DNA of 64,000 nucleotides from Paraspadella gotoi. Taxonomy: Eukaryota; Animalia; Chaetognatha. Positions 1 through 12,900 of the stretch are shown here, piece by piece (the first letter of the stretch is position 1; each line of letters opens with the position of its first letter). A model generated the notes under the pieces. It saw nothing but the letters and a program-made list of their open reading frames with translations, searched no databases and was not told where the DNA came from. The translations under genes were made by a program, and so were the position numbers. The stretch covers positions 10,605,376 to 10,669,375 of the forward strand of contig CM119271.1 in the NCBI GenBank assembly GCA_051294375.1, given 5' to 3'.

Positions 1-2
1 CC

Positions 3-83
3 ATTGAGACTTTGACTTCGCGGATGACAAAGGATGTGACGGAGGTTTTGACTCGAAAACGAGGAGGTATGACTGGTTTGTAA
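3..83 (+). CDS. Probable 3' end of an unidentified upstream gene (partial)
   Basis: Open frame IETLTSRMTKDVTEVLTRKRGGMTGL* ends at TAA 81-83; GC-richer than the A-rich sequence that follows. Too short to identify. Confidence 0.4.
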   Translation: METLTSRMTKDVTEVLTRKRGGMTGL

Positions 84-623
84 GGAAAAACAAAAAAACA
101 AAAAAAAAAAAACTAAGAATATAATTTGGTAACATTAAATCAAATCAAATTGTGTAGCCTTTTTTTTTCAATTGATAATACGCGGAGGTTAATTCAGGGC
201 ATCAGAGAAATGTTAATTTACTCTTTATTTCTTACGGCTTACGTAATTTTTTATTTGTTCTGGTGATATTTTTCTTTCTTTTGGCCCTTTTCATTTTCCG
301 TGACCCCTTTACTCAATAATTGCTTTTTACATTTGTGTTTCTTTCGATTTCATTTTAAATTTGTTATATGTTCAACGATTGTTTGTTTTTTGTTAACGAG
401 TACAGTATTTTCTACAAAGTTGCTCACGCCTTTTCTTCTTTAGCAATCCTGCTAATCAATTCGAGATTAATCAAAGGGTAAGTCATTTCAATGTTGCCTT
501 ATTTTTTCGTTTTTAGAAAACAAGTCGTTTATGTCGGAAGGGTCGAAAAATAATTTTCTGGTTATTTACTAACCTCAAAAAAAAAAAATTAACTTCAAGT
601 AAATAACCAAATAGAAAATAAAA

Positions 624-2716
624 ATGCGAGACGACGAGCCTTTCTCCAACCCGATCGCCCCCGCGGGCCACCAGAACCAAGCCGAGGACGGCAAGGATGA
701 CGCCAAGCCCCTCAGCAACGATGACTTTCGCAAGCTCGTCATGTCGACGCGCGGGGGGCCTTCGGTTCACGGAAGCGGGGGCAGCGGCGCCGCTCCTTCC
801 ACCGAGCGAAAGACGGTGCTGGGCATGGGCCACTCTGTCCGCGGCATGCGCATGGGTAGCACCAGCAGTTCCTCCGGCGAGAAAGTCGACATTCCTAGCT
901 CCATTAAAAGCGAGAAGCAGGACAGAGACGCCATCGAACGGCGGAAAAAGAAAAAGGCGCAGTATCTCCAGCTGAAGAAGATGGAGCTGGAAAAAGAGGC
1001 CGAGTTGGCGAAAAAATATCGGGATCGGGCCAAGGAACGCCGCGAGCACGCCGAGAAAGACGATCAGGTGCAGGAGGAGCTCAGCACGACCCAGAATTAC
1101 CGCGCCGTGGCGCCCGGCGCCAAAGAGGGCGAGTCAGACGAGCGCCGCAATCGTATCATCCAAGAATCGAAATTCTTGGGCGGTGACATGGAGCACACCC
1201 ATTTGGTCAAGGGGCTTGACTACGCTCTGCTGCAAAAGGTCAAGGCGGAGATCTCCAACAAGGAGCTGGCTCTGGAGGACGAGGAACTCGACAATATTCT
1301 CGAGAGCCTCCCGGCGAAGGAGGAGCAGCCAAAAGAGAAGGCGGAAGTCGACCTCAAATCCCGATACGAAATGAAAACCTCATTGGCTAAAAACATTCAT
1401 CGCGTTCTCTTCGATCAGAAACTTCCCGAGCGGAACGAACTTTTCGCGCCCGGCCGCATGGCCTACGTCGTCGATCTTGAAGACGACTTCGGCGAATCCG
1501 ATGTCCCCACCACCGTCATTCGTTCGAAGACAGACTGTCCCGACGTGGAGACGACTTCCACCCTCTCCGCCAACGACATCGTCATTCAAAAGCTCACCCA
1601 GATTTTATCCTATCTGAGACAGGGCCATCGCGGGAAGAAGCTGAAGAAGAAGTTGGCCAAGGACGAGAAGTTGCACGACCCGGCGCAGGAGGAAGGGATC
1701 TTCGGCGCCGAGTTCGCCGTCCCGCAGCCGCCGACGTCTTCGTCGTCGCGGTTCAAAGGGAGCGACAGATACGAGAGAGGCGAAGGGAGAGAGGGACGAG
1801 ACAAATCCTCCTCTTCCCGATGGGACGATCGCGAGAGATCCAAGCGGCCCCAGAAGGACGATTCGGGTCGATTCTCTTACTTTGACGAACCCAGCGCCAA
1901 GGAGAACGCCGAAGACGCCGCGTTCGAGGCGCCGGCCGGCAGCAGCGCCGCCGAGATGATCAAGAACATCAACGCCAAGTACGCCGGATACGAGGCGCCC
2001 GAGACGAGCGAGGACAAGGCGAAGAAGTTGATGAAGAAACAGGCGACCGACTGCTACGCGGAATGTTACCCGGGTATGGACGACGATCACAATTACGATT
2101 CGGACGAAGAGGCCGACTACAGCAAGATGGATCAGGTAATTAGAGACGCGCTTTTCGTCTAATTTTTATTGAGCAATTACTACAATTAACAGAATAATAT
2201 ATGCGATTTTATTCGGAATACAACAAGGTTGATTCAGTACAATCATCAACGAACAAACATAGACCAAGTCTGTGCAAACGAAAAACATAATAAAATTGAG
2301 AGATAAAAAAAGTTAATTAAAGAAAATTAATTAATTAATTAATTCTTATGTTGTAAAAAAGTGAACCAGTTTCGGAAGAACAGTATTATTCATTGTATAG
2401 ATCTTTGAGATAAATAATCGCATCTTAACGCTACCACCCCCCCCCCTAATTACAGGGCAACAAAAAGGGCCCCGTCGGCCGTTGGGACTTCGACACCCCC
2501 GAGGAGTACGGCGACTACATGAGCAGCCGCGAGGCCCTTCCCAAGGCCGCCTTCCAGTTCGGCGTGAAAATGGCCGACGGGCGGAAGACGCGCCGAGTGA
2601 AGGGCGGTCATAATGAGAAGCAGAAACTTGATCGAGAGTGGCAGCAGATTAGCAAACTCATCGATAAGAGGAAGGAAGAGGGCGGTGGAGGGGACAGGAA
2701 GAGGCCGAAATACTGA
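624..2716 (+). CDS. IK: Protein RED (IK), spliceosomal B-complex factor; 2 coding exons (624-2135, 2456-2716)
   Basis: Motifs LSNDDFRKL, KYRDRAKERR, SKFLGGDMEHTHLVKGLDYALLQKVKAEI, YAECYPG. The GT-AG splice restores SKMDQ|GNKKGPVGRWDFDT...EALPKAAFQFGVKM; ends KRPKY*. Confidence 0.95.
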
Positions 2717-3248
2717 GAACTCTTTTATCTCATTCTATCTTGTTCGGTTTGTTGTGATTTTTTGTTGTTGTAATGAACGAATCATGTGACTGAATTAATG
2801 TACATTTATTACAACAATTTTTTTTTAAATTTCTCTTTGTAACTTTTTCTGTTCTCGTTTTGCGTCTGAATTAGAATCGATAGAGCAATTCAACTCAATA
2901 CGGTCTCCAGACCACAATCGAGGGTCGTTTACATAGTCAAATTGAGTGTTGAGAATCGTTTTTTGCTTCCCTTTTAGTAAATGAATGATAAGAAAGAAAG
3001 AGTATGTACATAGGATTTGCAATTGTTAAAGTTAACTTAAAACCCCCAAATTTCGGAAAAACGATGTCATTTCGAGTCTTTTTTCTCTATAAATTTTTAT
3101 GAGACAAACATCTAATCATGCAGTTTTGTTGGTGTTGATAAAAAAGCCATATTTCTTCAACTTTCTTTAAAAGTATATACAATATACTTATTTTATCTCC
3201 ACAGCTTACAACCAAAAACAAAAAATGATAAGCTAAAAAATAAAAAAA

Positions 3249-6200
3249 ATGGAGATTCCAAAAACCATGTTGTCCGTTCCTCGCGGAAAACAGTCGCCGG
3301 CGAGACCAAAACCGAACTTACCCAAGTTTTGCCAACTCCATCGATCCTCGTCCTTTCAAGACGAGGGTTGTCCCTCGCCCTCTCGCGACCAGAGCGCCGT
3401 CAAGCGTCCCAAACTGGGCGTCGGCGGCGGCGTCGACCACGGATTCCACGGAACCGGACGCAGGATCGACCCGGAGATCTTCTCCGTTCTCAAGATCGAC
3501 TTTTCCTCCAAATACGGCGTCCGCGCCAAGACCCCGTTTCGCGAGGACGACGACGACGACTACGACCGCGCTTCCTCCCTCTCTCCGGCCAATTCCTTTC
3601 GTTCCGAGCGATCGTATTCGGTGGCGAGAGGAAACCAGCGCCGCCACATCAGCGATCCTTTTTCCGAGGTCGTCCGGACGGCATCGCTGAGATCCGCGCA
3701 TTCGGCGACGCCGCGCGTCTCGAGAGACGAATTCGCCGAGAGAGGGCGCGCCGTTTCGGAATCGACGCCGCACGTTTTCCAACTCAAACTCTTGACGCAT
3801 CGACTCCTCTCCGGCGTCGAGGGGAAATCACCCGAGGGTGAGGAAGATTCATCGTCCTTACCCGTAGACGAGAACGGTTCCCGCGCGGCTCGAGCTCCTC
3901 GTCCGGATTCCTCGCGGCGATCGACGGAGCCCGGAAGCTCCGACCCGTCGCCGGGTCCGGAAATCAAACCCAAATCCGTCATCAGCCTGAACTCGACGCC
4001 GTTCGCGCTTTTCAAGTTGAATAAGGATGAAGTCGATCCTTCGCGGATGCCTGGAATCGACGATGACGACGTCGGCGATGACGACGATCGAGACGTTCGC
4101 GTCGATCCTCGCAAAATCGAAAACGACGATGACTTCATCGTCCAATCTCGTTCCAAGGCCAAGAGAATCGCGAGGGCTCAGAAGTCTCTAGGTAGATCGA
4201 GTCCCTCGTCGTCCAAGGGCAGTTTAGAATCCCTCAAAGACGACGGATGGATGGACGGAACGGAAAACGGATCCACGGATTCTATAAAGAGCGAATCTCC
4301 AGTCAAATCCGCGCTTAAAGGGAAAGAGAGTCCTAGCTTTTACCGACACGAGTCCGGTCGGTCGCTGACTCACCCGACAAAGAGAATTTCCACCATAAAC
4401 GAGGAGGATTTCGGTTCCATCGACGCCAACGGCTTGGGTTCGGTCACTTCGAATTCCTTTCAAGGATCCGACTCGTCCTTCTGCAATGAGATGGATTCCA
4501 GCGCTATCAATCACGATTGCGCTTCGAAAGCTGCCTGTGATTCCGAGATGGAGACCAACGATCATCTTAATTCTAAATTACCCAAACGAAATATAAAGAA
4601 GCGAAGGATGGTTCCCATAGTGAACACGACTCCCATCGAAGTGACGGAACCGATGAAAACGGACGAAGCGCTTAAGGAAGCCGTCGCCACCATCGTCGTC
4701 GAACCGCCTCCCGCAAATACGGAGACGGACGATCTTCAAAGCCCCAAACTTTACACGAACGAATTGGTTTCGATTCGTCCCTCCCTCACCGTCGACTCTT
4801 GTCCCGTCAATACCGCTTCCACTTGCCGTTCCGCGTCTTTTTCCGGAGGTCTGCTCAATTTGCCCGTCAACGACGCCAAAGCCGACTCGTCTCCCACCAC
4901 GCCCACCGAGGAATACGCCACCACCAAAGTCTCTCTCAAACCGCGGGCTCAAACCGCTCCCGTCTGCAGCACGAGCCTCTCGGAAGCCAACAACTTCACC
5001 AAGACGCACACCCTCCCTTTGGAGCGAAAGAAGAGCGCGGGCGGATTGGTCAACAACCTGCGATCTATCTTGACGTCGAGCGACCGCGTCAAACGTCAAG
5101 ACGAGAATCAGGTGGGCTCCAGCGTCTCTTTGGCGAGCACTTCCATCACGGGTCTCTCTTCGGGTCTCTCCACGCCTTCCGAATCTCTCATATCTCTCTT
5201 GACGGTGGCGAGCGACGTCTCCAGTGTTCCGGACACCTACGCCCCGGGCGGCAGCGGCGTCGCTTCTCCTACGCACCTTTTGGAAAACCGGGCTTCTCCG
5301 CGACCCACGAGTCCCATCAAAACCATTCCCGAAGCCTCGGAGGCCGACGAGGCCGGGTTGACGAGCAGGGAGTCGGCCAGCATCACCGACGCCGAGAAAC
5401 TTGAAATGCAGCGTCAGGAGAAGGAGCGGCTCCGCATCGACAAACGCCAATTCGTCATGCGGCAAATGTACGAGACGGAGAAGTCCTACGTGGAGTGTCT
5501 CGAGACGCTCTTCAGCAACTACTACACGCCCCTCAAGAACGCGGACGTCGTTGACGACGGCGTCGTCACCGACATTTTCTACAAAATCCCCGAAATCAAG
5601 ATGCACCATCACGTTCTGCTCAACTCGTTGGAAAATCGCGTCAAGAACTGGGATTCATCTCAGATCATCGGAGATATCTTGCAAAATTGTTTCACCAAAG
5701 AATCGGTGATCGAAACCTACGAAGCTTTCATCAACAATTGGCCCAAAGCCCAAGAATCCCTGAAATTGGCCAATCAAAAGGCCTCCTTCACTAAATTCAG
5801 CGAACATCAGGTCAAGGAGCATCGACGGCGATTGAAGCTCGACGATCTTATCATCCAACCGGTGCAGAGAGTCCCCAGATACGAGTTGTTCATCAAGGAT
5901 TTCCTCAAATACACTCCCAAACATCATCCAGATTTCTCTCTGCTGCAACAAGCTCAGACGGTGCTGCATTCGTTGGCTCAAAGAATCAACGAAGTGCGGA
6001 GCCTCCCTCTGCGGAGCAATTCTAGTCTGAGCGGCCGAGGCAGGGGAGGGAGCGATCCGGGCTTGACCGGAACCTCGTTCATCGACGAGAAAAAAGTTAC
6101 CCTGAAAGAGTTGGAGGATTTGATCGAACATTGCACGGATTTAGTTCATCCTAGTCGCTTTTATCTTCGCCACGACATGGTTACCCTGTCGAGCCAAGTC

Positions 6201-8558
6201 GCCGGCACTAAGAGAGATCGATGCATTTTCATGTTTTCCGATTTGGTAATCATCACGGCCGTTAAAAGAAAAAGCGGGACGGTGCATCGAAAGCCTTCCG
6301 TCACTCTGACTTCCCCGCTAGGCAAACATTTCTTGGAAAATAACAAGCACAAATTGCTCTTTCGAATTCCGTTGGATTGCGTCACTCTAGTCAAACAAGG
6401 GGCCGAGATCGCCGACAAGGATTTTCATTCTCCGGTAAAGAAGAATCTCGATTTGGTTTCGCTCGAAGACGATCTGGGAATTTTGAAGCAAATCGAAGAA
6501 TTGTCTTCCAACATGCACGTGGCTCACCCGGAGCTCGAGGACGCCATCTTCGACATGGTCAATAAAATAACCAAGCAATTATCTATGACGACGAATTATT
6601 CCGGCTCGGTACTTTCTCACCATCCGACGGGAGACGCGAACGGTAAATTGGATCTACGATTTCAATACGCCGATCATACGGAATACTGGACCCTGATTTT
6701 TAGCAGCAAGGAAAAGCGATCCTCGTGGGAGGAGACATTTATCGAATCAAGAGCGAGAATCAAAGGTTGTATCGTCAAAGATAGTCCAGATTTTTTCATG
6801 GCCATGCCCGTTCCCAAAAACAGAGCCGGCATGCAATTTTCATGCGCTTCGCCCTGTTTTCCTTCGTTTCCCAATGACAAGCCATCCATGACGCTTAATT
6901 TTGAAACTGTCATATCGGAAACTTCGAAACCTGGTCAGTTGGACCGCAACTGCGAGCTTTGGGTTTGCATATCCGATGGTTGCGTTGGCCAAGTCTGCTT
7001 ACTTTCTATGCTTCCGGAACCTCAAGTCTCGTCAATCAATACCGTTTGTTCTTCCAGGATTAAGTGCATTGCGCAAGTGCCTTGCAGTGAATTGCCGGTT
7101 ATTCAGACGGGACCCAATTCTGAGACGGATATAAATCCATGTCCTAATCAAGAGTTGTCGCAGAACCTGAGATCGAGAACGTTTTCCGAACCCAGTTCGT
7201 TTCTTCAAGACAACTCCTTAATGCCGCGCCGCTGTCAATCCGCCGCTTCTCCCTCTCGCAACGAATTAGCGCTTACCGTGGAAGAAGACGAAGAAATTCT
7301 CGAAGTCATGGAGCACAAGGAATTGCCCAAAGAGGAATCCATTTCTAAGAAAAGGTCGGACAGCGACGACGAGGGAATAATGTCCGATCCCGATCAAGAC
7401 GAACTCCGACAGAACCAGGTCGGCAACGAGGGAAAATTAGTCGATCGCGGCAAGCGAGAGAGATTGCTGAACAACAGGGCCCACACCATGTGGCTGGGAA
7501 CCGAGGACGGCAGCGTTCACGTGGTTTACAGGGGCGAGCATCCGGCCAGCTCATTTTTGAAAACCCGAAAAGAAAAAATTCATCACAACGCCGCGGTTTT
7601 GTCCATCGTTTATTTGAACGCTCAAGTGTTCGTGTCTTTGGCCAGCGGCGATTTGGTCGTGTACAACAGATGCGCGAATGGATCGTGGAACACGGCCGTG
7701 CCGGTGATTCGAACCTTGGGCAGCGTTTCGACGCCCGTGACTAAACTGCTCGCCGTTAACGGAAAGTTGTGGTGCGGTAGATTGAATCGAGTTGTAGTTA
7801 TTAACCCTTCGACTTTACAAGTTGAACGAGAATTTCAAGTAGATGCCGATAAAAATAGATCTGTATTGTGTATGATTGGTTCCAGTAGCCAAGCGTATTG
7901 TAGCAACTCAGAACCCAATTATACCGAATGCGTTTGGATTAGTTTGGAACACGGCCACGAAGTCAAATTATTCGACGCTGATCTGTATGACTGCATTGCC
8001 GAAGTATCTGTCAAGCAGGCTGTAACACAAAAGTTGCAAATATGCGACGATATTATTCGTCAACATAAAGTTGCGTGCCTTAGAATAACTGCGCTTTTAG
8101 CTTGTAAAGGATTGCTCTGGATCGGAACCTCCGCGGGAATAATTTTAAATCTTTCAATTCCTTTGAAGAGCTCGTTTCCAGGAAACGATGTGAACGTGCG
8201 AAATTTGGAAATACCGCTTAATCCGGTTGCGACAGCCTTAATTCATGGTCACACCGGTCACGTGAGATTTCTTACGAGCATGACTTGTCCACAAACGACG
8301 ATTCCCAAAAATTTCGGTTACGCCCACGACAGCGACGCGCCGGGATCATTTAAAGAGAATCCTAGGAAGAAAAGTTCCACCGGTTCGACGACGTCTTCGG
8401 GTTCTACTGCCAGTGATGGTTACAATATGGGAAACTTGTCTTCACGTACTTTTGTTATAAGCGGAGGAGATGGTTTTGAAGATTTCAGTGGTTCGCAAAG
8501 TAATGACAGCATAGGAAGAGACGATTCTACGAATCATCTCTTATTTTGGGAGGTTTGA
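3249..8558 (+). CDS. ARHGEF17: Rho guanine nucleotide exchange factor 17-like (DH-PH plus C-terminal propeller), single-exon 1769 aa ORF
   Basis: DH motifs KRQFVMRQMYETEKSYVECL and LIIQPVQRVPRYELFIKD; PH motif RCIFMFSDLVIIT; TMWLGTEDG; C-terminus VISGGDGFEDF...GRDDSTNHLLFWEV typical of ARHGEF17. Confidence 0.88.
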   Translation: MEIPKTMLSVPRGKQSPARPKPNLPKFCQLHRSSSFQDEGCPSPSRDQSAVKRPKLGVGGGVDHGFHGTGRRIDPEIFSVLKIDFSSKYGVRAKTPFREDDDDDYDRASSLSPANSFRSERSYSVARGNQRRHISDPFSEVVRTASLRSAHSATPRVSRDEFAERGRAVSESTPHVFQLKLLTHRLLSGVEGKSPEGEEDSSSLPVDENGSRAARAPRPDSSRRSTEPGSSDPSPGPEIKPKSVISLNSTPFALFKLNKDEVDPSRMPGIDDDDVGDDDDRDVRVDPRKIENDDDFIVQSRSKAKRIARAQKSLGRSSPSSSKGSLESLKDDGWMDGTENGSTDSIKSESPVKSALKGKESPSFYRHESGRSLTHPTKRISTINEEDFGSIDANGLGSVTSNSFQGSDSSFCNEMDSSAINHDCASKAACDSEMETNDHLNSKLPKRNIKKRRMVPIVNTTPIEVTEPMKTDEALKEAVATIVVEPPPANTETDDLQSPKLYTNELVSIRPSLTVDSCPVNTASTCRSASFSGGLLNLPVNDAKADSSPTTPTEEYATTKVSLKPRAQTAPVCSTSLSEANNFTKTHTLPLERKKSAGGLVNNLRSILTSSDRVKRQDENQVGSSVSLASTSITGLSSGLSTPSESLISLLTVASDVSSVPDTYAPGGSGVASPTHLLENRASPRPTSPIKTIPEASEADEAGLTSRESASITDAEKLEMQRQEKERLRIDKRQFVMRQMYETEKSYVECLETLFSNYYTPLKNADVVDDGVVTDIFYKIPEIKMHHHVLLNSLENRVKNWDSSQIIGDILQNCFTKESVIETYEAFINNWPKAQESLKLANQKASFTKFSEHQVKEHRRRLKLDDLIIQPVQRVPRYELFIKDFLKYTPKHHPDFSLLQQAQTVLHSLAQRINEVRSLPLRSNSSLSGRGRGGSDPGLTGTSFIDEKKVTLKELEDLIEHCTDLVHPSRFYLRHDMVTLSSQVAGTKRDRCIFMFSDLVIITAVKRKSGTVHRKPSVTLTSPLGKHFLENNKHKLLFRIPLDCVTLVKQGAEIADKDFHSPVKKNLDLVSLEDDLGILKQIEELSSNMHVAHPELEDAIFDMVNKITKQLSMTTNYSGSVLSHHPTGDANGKLDLRFQYADHTEYWTLIFSSKEKRSSWEETFIESRARIKGCIVKDSPDFFMAMPVPKNRAGMQFSCASPCFPSFPNDKPSMTLNFETVISETSKPGQLDRNCELWVCISDGCVGQVCLLSMLPEPQVSSINTVCSSRIKCIAQVPCSELPVIQTGPNSETDINPCPNQELSQNLRSRTFSEPSSFLQDNSLMPRRCQSAASPSRNELALTVEEDEEILEVMEHKELPKEESISKKRSDSDDEGIMSDPDQDELRQNQVGNEGKLVDRGKRERLLNNRAHTMWLGTEDGSVHVVYRGEHPASSFLKTRKEKIHHNAAVLSIVYLNAQVFVSLASGDLVVYNRCANGSWNTAVPVIRTLGSVSTPVTKLLAVNGKLWCGRLNRVVVINPSTLQVEREFQVDADKNRSVLCMIGSSSQAYCSNSEPNYTECVWISLEHGHEVKLFDADLYDCIAEVSVKQAVTQKLQICDDIIRQHKVACLRITALLACKGLLWIGTSAGIILNLSIPLKSSFPGNDVNVRNLEIPLNPVATALIHGHTGHVRFLTSMTCPQTTIPKNFGYAHDSDAPGSFKENPRKKSSTGSTTSSGSTASDGYNMGNLSSRTFVISGGDGFEDFSGSQSNDSIGRDDSTNHLLFWEV

Positions 8559-9976
8559 TGGGGTAAAAAAAAAAAAATTTAAATTGTTACTAGTCTCCCA
8601 TGCAAACTTGATAATGAATCTAAGCTCCATAAGGTTTTAATTTACGTTTAGCTTCGCAGATTTCCAGCATTATTGGGCCGAAACGCAAACCCTCTGCAAT
8701 TGCCATATTGATTTAAATTTACTGAGATATAGCTTCGTACTTAGCAGAGTACTTAAAATTCGTACTTGTTCCATAACCAGTTTTGAAAAATGTACTTTTT
8801 ACTACATAAGTTCGTTTTATATCAGGAATTGCTTTATAAAAAAAATATTTTTATTTTATTGTGAGGTTTTTACGAATTCTTGATTTCCTGTGAAGTAATA
8901 TTTTAAAATTCATTCGTGTACAAATTTAAGAATGCTGCCTTGATGAAAAAAAACGTGGACTTTATCCAAATTGAGCACTTCACATATCTCTTAGCCAAAA
9001 ATACTTTCTGAATCTTTCCCGAACAAGCTAGTGAATTTGCCTTATGGGATTGATGCCATTTTTTATTTTTATTTTCATTACTTTGTATTGTGATGGTTTA
9101 ATATTCATTGTAGTTTTTTTATTTTGTGGCATGTAAGTTTTTAAATGTAGCTCCGCCTCACATTGATAAACTTTTTTGATTATTCGGTGCTTATTTTCAC
9201 TTTTCAATTTTCCAGTGCGGAGACTATCCTGCTCCCTGACATATTTTTGGTCGGTCCGGTGGTCAGTCTGTCCGTTATGTGTTCAAAATTGGAATAGTTG
9301 TGTTGCCGAAGTTGCCTTTGTCAAGGTGTCCTAGGGTATTGTTTAAATAAAACTTATAAGATCGTAACGGTAATAATGAGACAAAGCATAATTATTAATT
9401 AGTATTAAAAGGAAAAGCATACTAGTTCAACATAAAAAAAATGAAATAGAATGAACTTTATAAATTAGTGCCGCGACTATACGTACAATACGAAAGCTTT
9501 CAAGAGATGAATTACGTATAAAGAATAAAGGGATTTTGGAACCAAAAAGTGGTGAAAAGAAATATGAGAACAAAATGTTTGCTTTTTACCACATGAAATA
9601 CATTACGGGCTTATGCAATTATTCTTTCGTTGGCCACTAGTTTTGTTTGACAATAATGTTTATTTTAATAATCATGTGCTTAAAAATAATATATTTTTAT
9701 AGCTCCTTTTTCACTAGTTGATCATTAATAACAATAATCATTTTACATTATTGCATGTTTTTCAGATTTCTAATGTTATGAGAATTTGTGCTGCAAACTA
9801 AATTTTTTTGTTTACTCTTTTACTTTAGGTTAAAATATAAATTAAATTTACTGCCAATAATTGATGGGTTAACACACATACGGTAGCGAAGACTTCGTTT
9901 TACAATATCGATATACTTTGTATATCTATCTAGCCTTGAAAGCTTCAAACTTCTTGAGGCTTTCGATTCTGTCTAC

Positions 9977-9991
9977 ATGGAGGCAACATGA
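9977..9991 (+). promoter_or_regulatory. Short uORF (MEAT*) whose stop overlaps the CNOT1 start (ATGA)
   Basis: ATG GAG GCA ACA TGA; main ATG at 9988. Confidence 0.45.
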
Positions 9992-12900
9992 ATCTAGACT
10001 CGCTCTCCTTTGCGCTTTCCCAAATCAGCTATTCAGGTTCCCCTTTGTTGTGAAATTAATCATTATTAAACAAATCGAATGATTGAATAGTTCTTAAACT
10101 AAAGGCGTTTGTTTTTATCCAGTCGCCAATCTAACGAAAAAGAATTACAAAGCGAGTTTAGCTGAAACGTCGCAGTTGGTTTCCCTTCACGGATCCGAAG
10201 CAGGTTTGAGGCAATTTAATTTCAATTAAATTATTTAATTTCAATTATCCATATTATCTATAAAATATACAAATAAGAATTTTTTTCGTCTTCGTTCTAT
10301 CCACCAATAATCGTTGTCATTTTATTTAATCTTTATGAAAGCAAGAGAAAAGAGCGAATCGATTTGCGAGGAACTCGGAGAGCGTGAGACTAATAATTAA
10401 AAACCCAAACAGCGTTGACTAATGTGATGTGTTTATGGGGGAGGGGAGGAAAATTAATGGAAAAAGTCCGTCAACCATCGAATGCATTTCCATAATTTTT
10501 TTCTTCTCACCCTTATTATTATTTTTTCTTTTCGCTTTTTCCGTAAATTTCAAAACTAATATTTCTTTCTTTCGCAGATCGTCATCTTTTGAGGTGTTTG
10601 TTTTCCCATGTCGACTTCAGCGGGGATGGTAGAAGTTCAGGAAAAGACTTTCATCAGGTATTACTTACTATAAGTTCTCAATGTTTAATATTGATCATTA
10701 ATTTCTCAACTATATCTTTCCAGACGCAGTACCTCATCAGTGAAGTGGCATGGCTCATTAACAAACCCAATTTCATTTCCTCCCTTTGCTACGCTGTTGA
10801 TCATCCTTTGCAGCACCAGAAAAGCATTAAACCTTCCGCCCAGTTGTTTCCTCAACTTTCAAAGGTAAAAGGCGTTAACTTTATTCAAGGCATTACCAAT
10901 TTTTAGCTTTCTAACTCTTCGTTAAAATTTATTAAGGTCCTAAAACTCTCTCGTGTTCAAGAAGTTGCGATCGCCTTAGGCTTACTCTACTCATCCAACC
11001 CTGAAACGCAACTTCAATCATCTCAATATCTGAAGACCAAATTGCCAGATTTACTGCGATCTTACTCCGACGCGGATTCTGCCGTTGGCCCTGCCGAGGG
11101 CGGCTTGCAAGATATAGATATTGAGATTCTTCATCTCATAATTTCCCATCTCGTTCATGATCAAAACTCGAAAAACCCCAATTTGAATCTCGGCGTTAAT
11201 TCCGAATTGAAAGACGCGTTCCTCAAAAATCTCCGCAAGGATTTTCCTCGAGAGCGCGTCCCCGCCGTCATAGCCCCATTACTTTATCCAAAGGCATCGG
11301 GCGACATTGCCATGGATAGACTTCTTTTTCCCACCTCCGTTTCCGCCTCCATCCCGAAAACCGCACTGGATAATTCCTTGTCGGCCATTATTCATGATGC
11401 AGGATTTGCATTTTGCTCATCGTTGGAAGAATGCAAAAACAATTTGAATCAGATTGGAATCGCGGAGATTACACCATGCGGTGTTGCCATGACGTTGGCC
11501 ATGATGGCAAAAACGTGCGACGAAGGTGGTGTCGCGCAAAACGATATCGTTATTCACAGCTTTAACATCATCAGTGACCAAAAAACAGCAGACAAGGATA
11601 AAAATTCTGATCCATCATTGGCCTCCTGGAGTGTTGAAATATTCGTCCAAGCCTGTCTTGAACTTGCACCGAAACTTTCATGGAAACAAGTAGTAGATGA
11701 ATTAGACCATCCTGGCTTCATCATCAAGTCAAAGAATTCATTAAAACTACTCGTGAAAGGATTAAAATTAGGGCTAGGTTCCGACACTTTCCCTATTGAA
11801 TGTTTTTACAAAGTATGGAAAAACACCGAAGGGCATCTTTCATGGCTGAGTAATTCGATCAAAGCACCAGACGTGTTTTGTTTTGCAGATTACCCTTGTC
11901 ATACTGTTGTTACAGATATTTTGAAGGCACCACCGGAAGACGATAATCGAGACATAGCTGTCTGGAAATCTTTGGATATGATAGAAATCCTGTTACGATT
12001 GTCTGAAGCTGGTCACTACAATGCCGTCGTAGAAATTTTTCAATGGCCTGTGAATCATTGTCCAGATATGCTGTTGTTAGGTCTATTACAAATTCCTGCC
12101 TATTGGAACACTCTAAAGGCTGAACTGTCTGCCAATCTTTTCCCACTTTTTTTGGGTCAACATGCAAATGCTGCTGTAGTTTTGCATTATGCTTGGCACT
12201 GCCAAGGTAACAGCGCAGCTATTCGACCATTGATCATGCGCGCCATGGCAGAGTGGTACATGCGGGGAGAAAATGTAACGCCAACCGGTTCCACGATTCA
12301 TGATCCCAGTCGTCTGTCAAGAATCTTAGATGTTGCTCAGGACCTTAAAGCTTTATCAATGCTTTTAAATGGAACACCATTCGCATTTGTCATAGATTTA
12401 GCGTGTCTGGCCTCCCGGCGAGAATATTTAAAGCTTGACAAATGGCTCTCTGATAAAATGAGGGAGCATGGTGAGCCATTCACCGTAGCACTTATTCTTT
12501 TCCTTAAACGTCGTTGTCCGCAACTTTTTGGTAATGCTGGGAAAGTTGAGGAGGCCCATCATTTCTTTCCAGGTGGAAATACTGGAGCTCAATGTAAAGC
12601 TCATCAATTACCTCCTGAGACTTTATCTACGATAATTTTGTGCTTGCAATCATGCGTAGTAAATGTTTCTAGAAATTCTTATGAGGGGATACCCGATCTG
12701 AATGAAACGATAATGTCAATTATTTCTAATTCTGGCAGCTTTTTGAATTCTAAATCATCTTACAACAATTCTCGTGTTCCTGTAAATAATCCACAAACCG
12801 GTCCAAAACCGCCCATGGAAACTCCCATAGTTGGCACAAACCAAGGTGGCGTTCAATCGCTCGTGCAATCCCAGTTGGCTAGCATGGCAAATTCGGCCGA

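Noticed and set aside
11042-11044. Non-ATG starts in the ORF track (e.g. 11042, 22304, 48565)
   Set aside because: Artefacts of the ORF caller; spliced models give ATG starts at 9988, 19205 and 48625.
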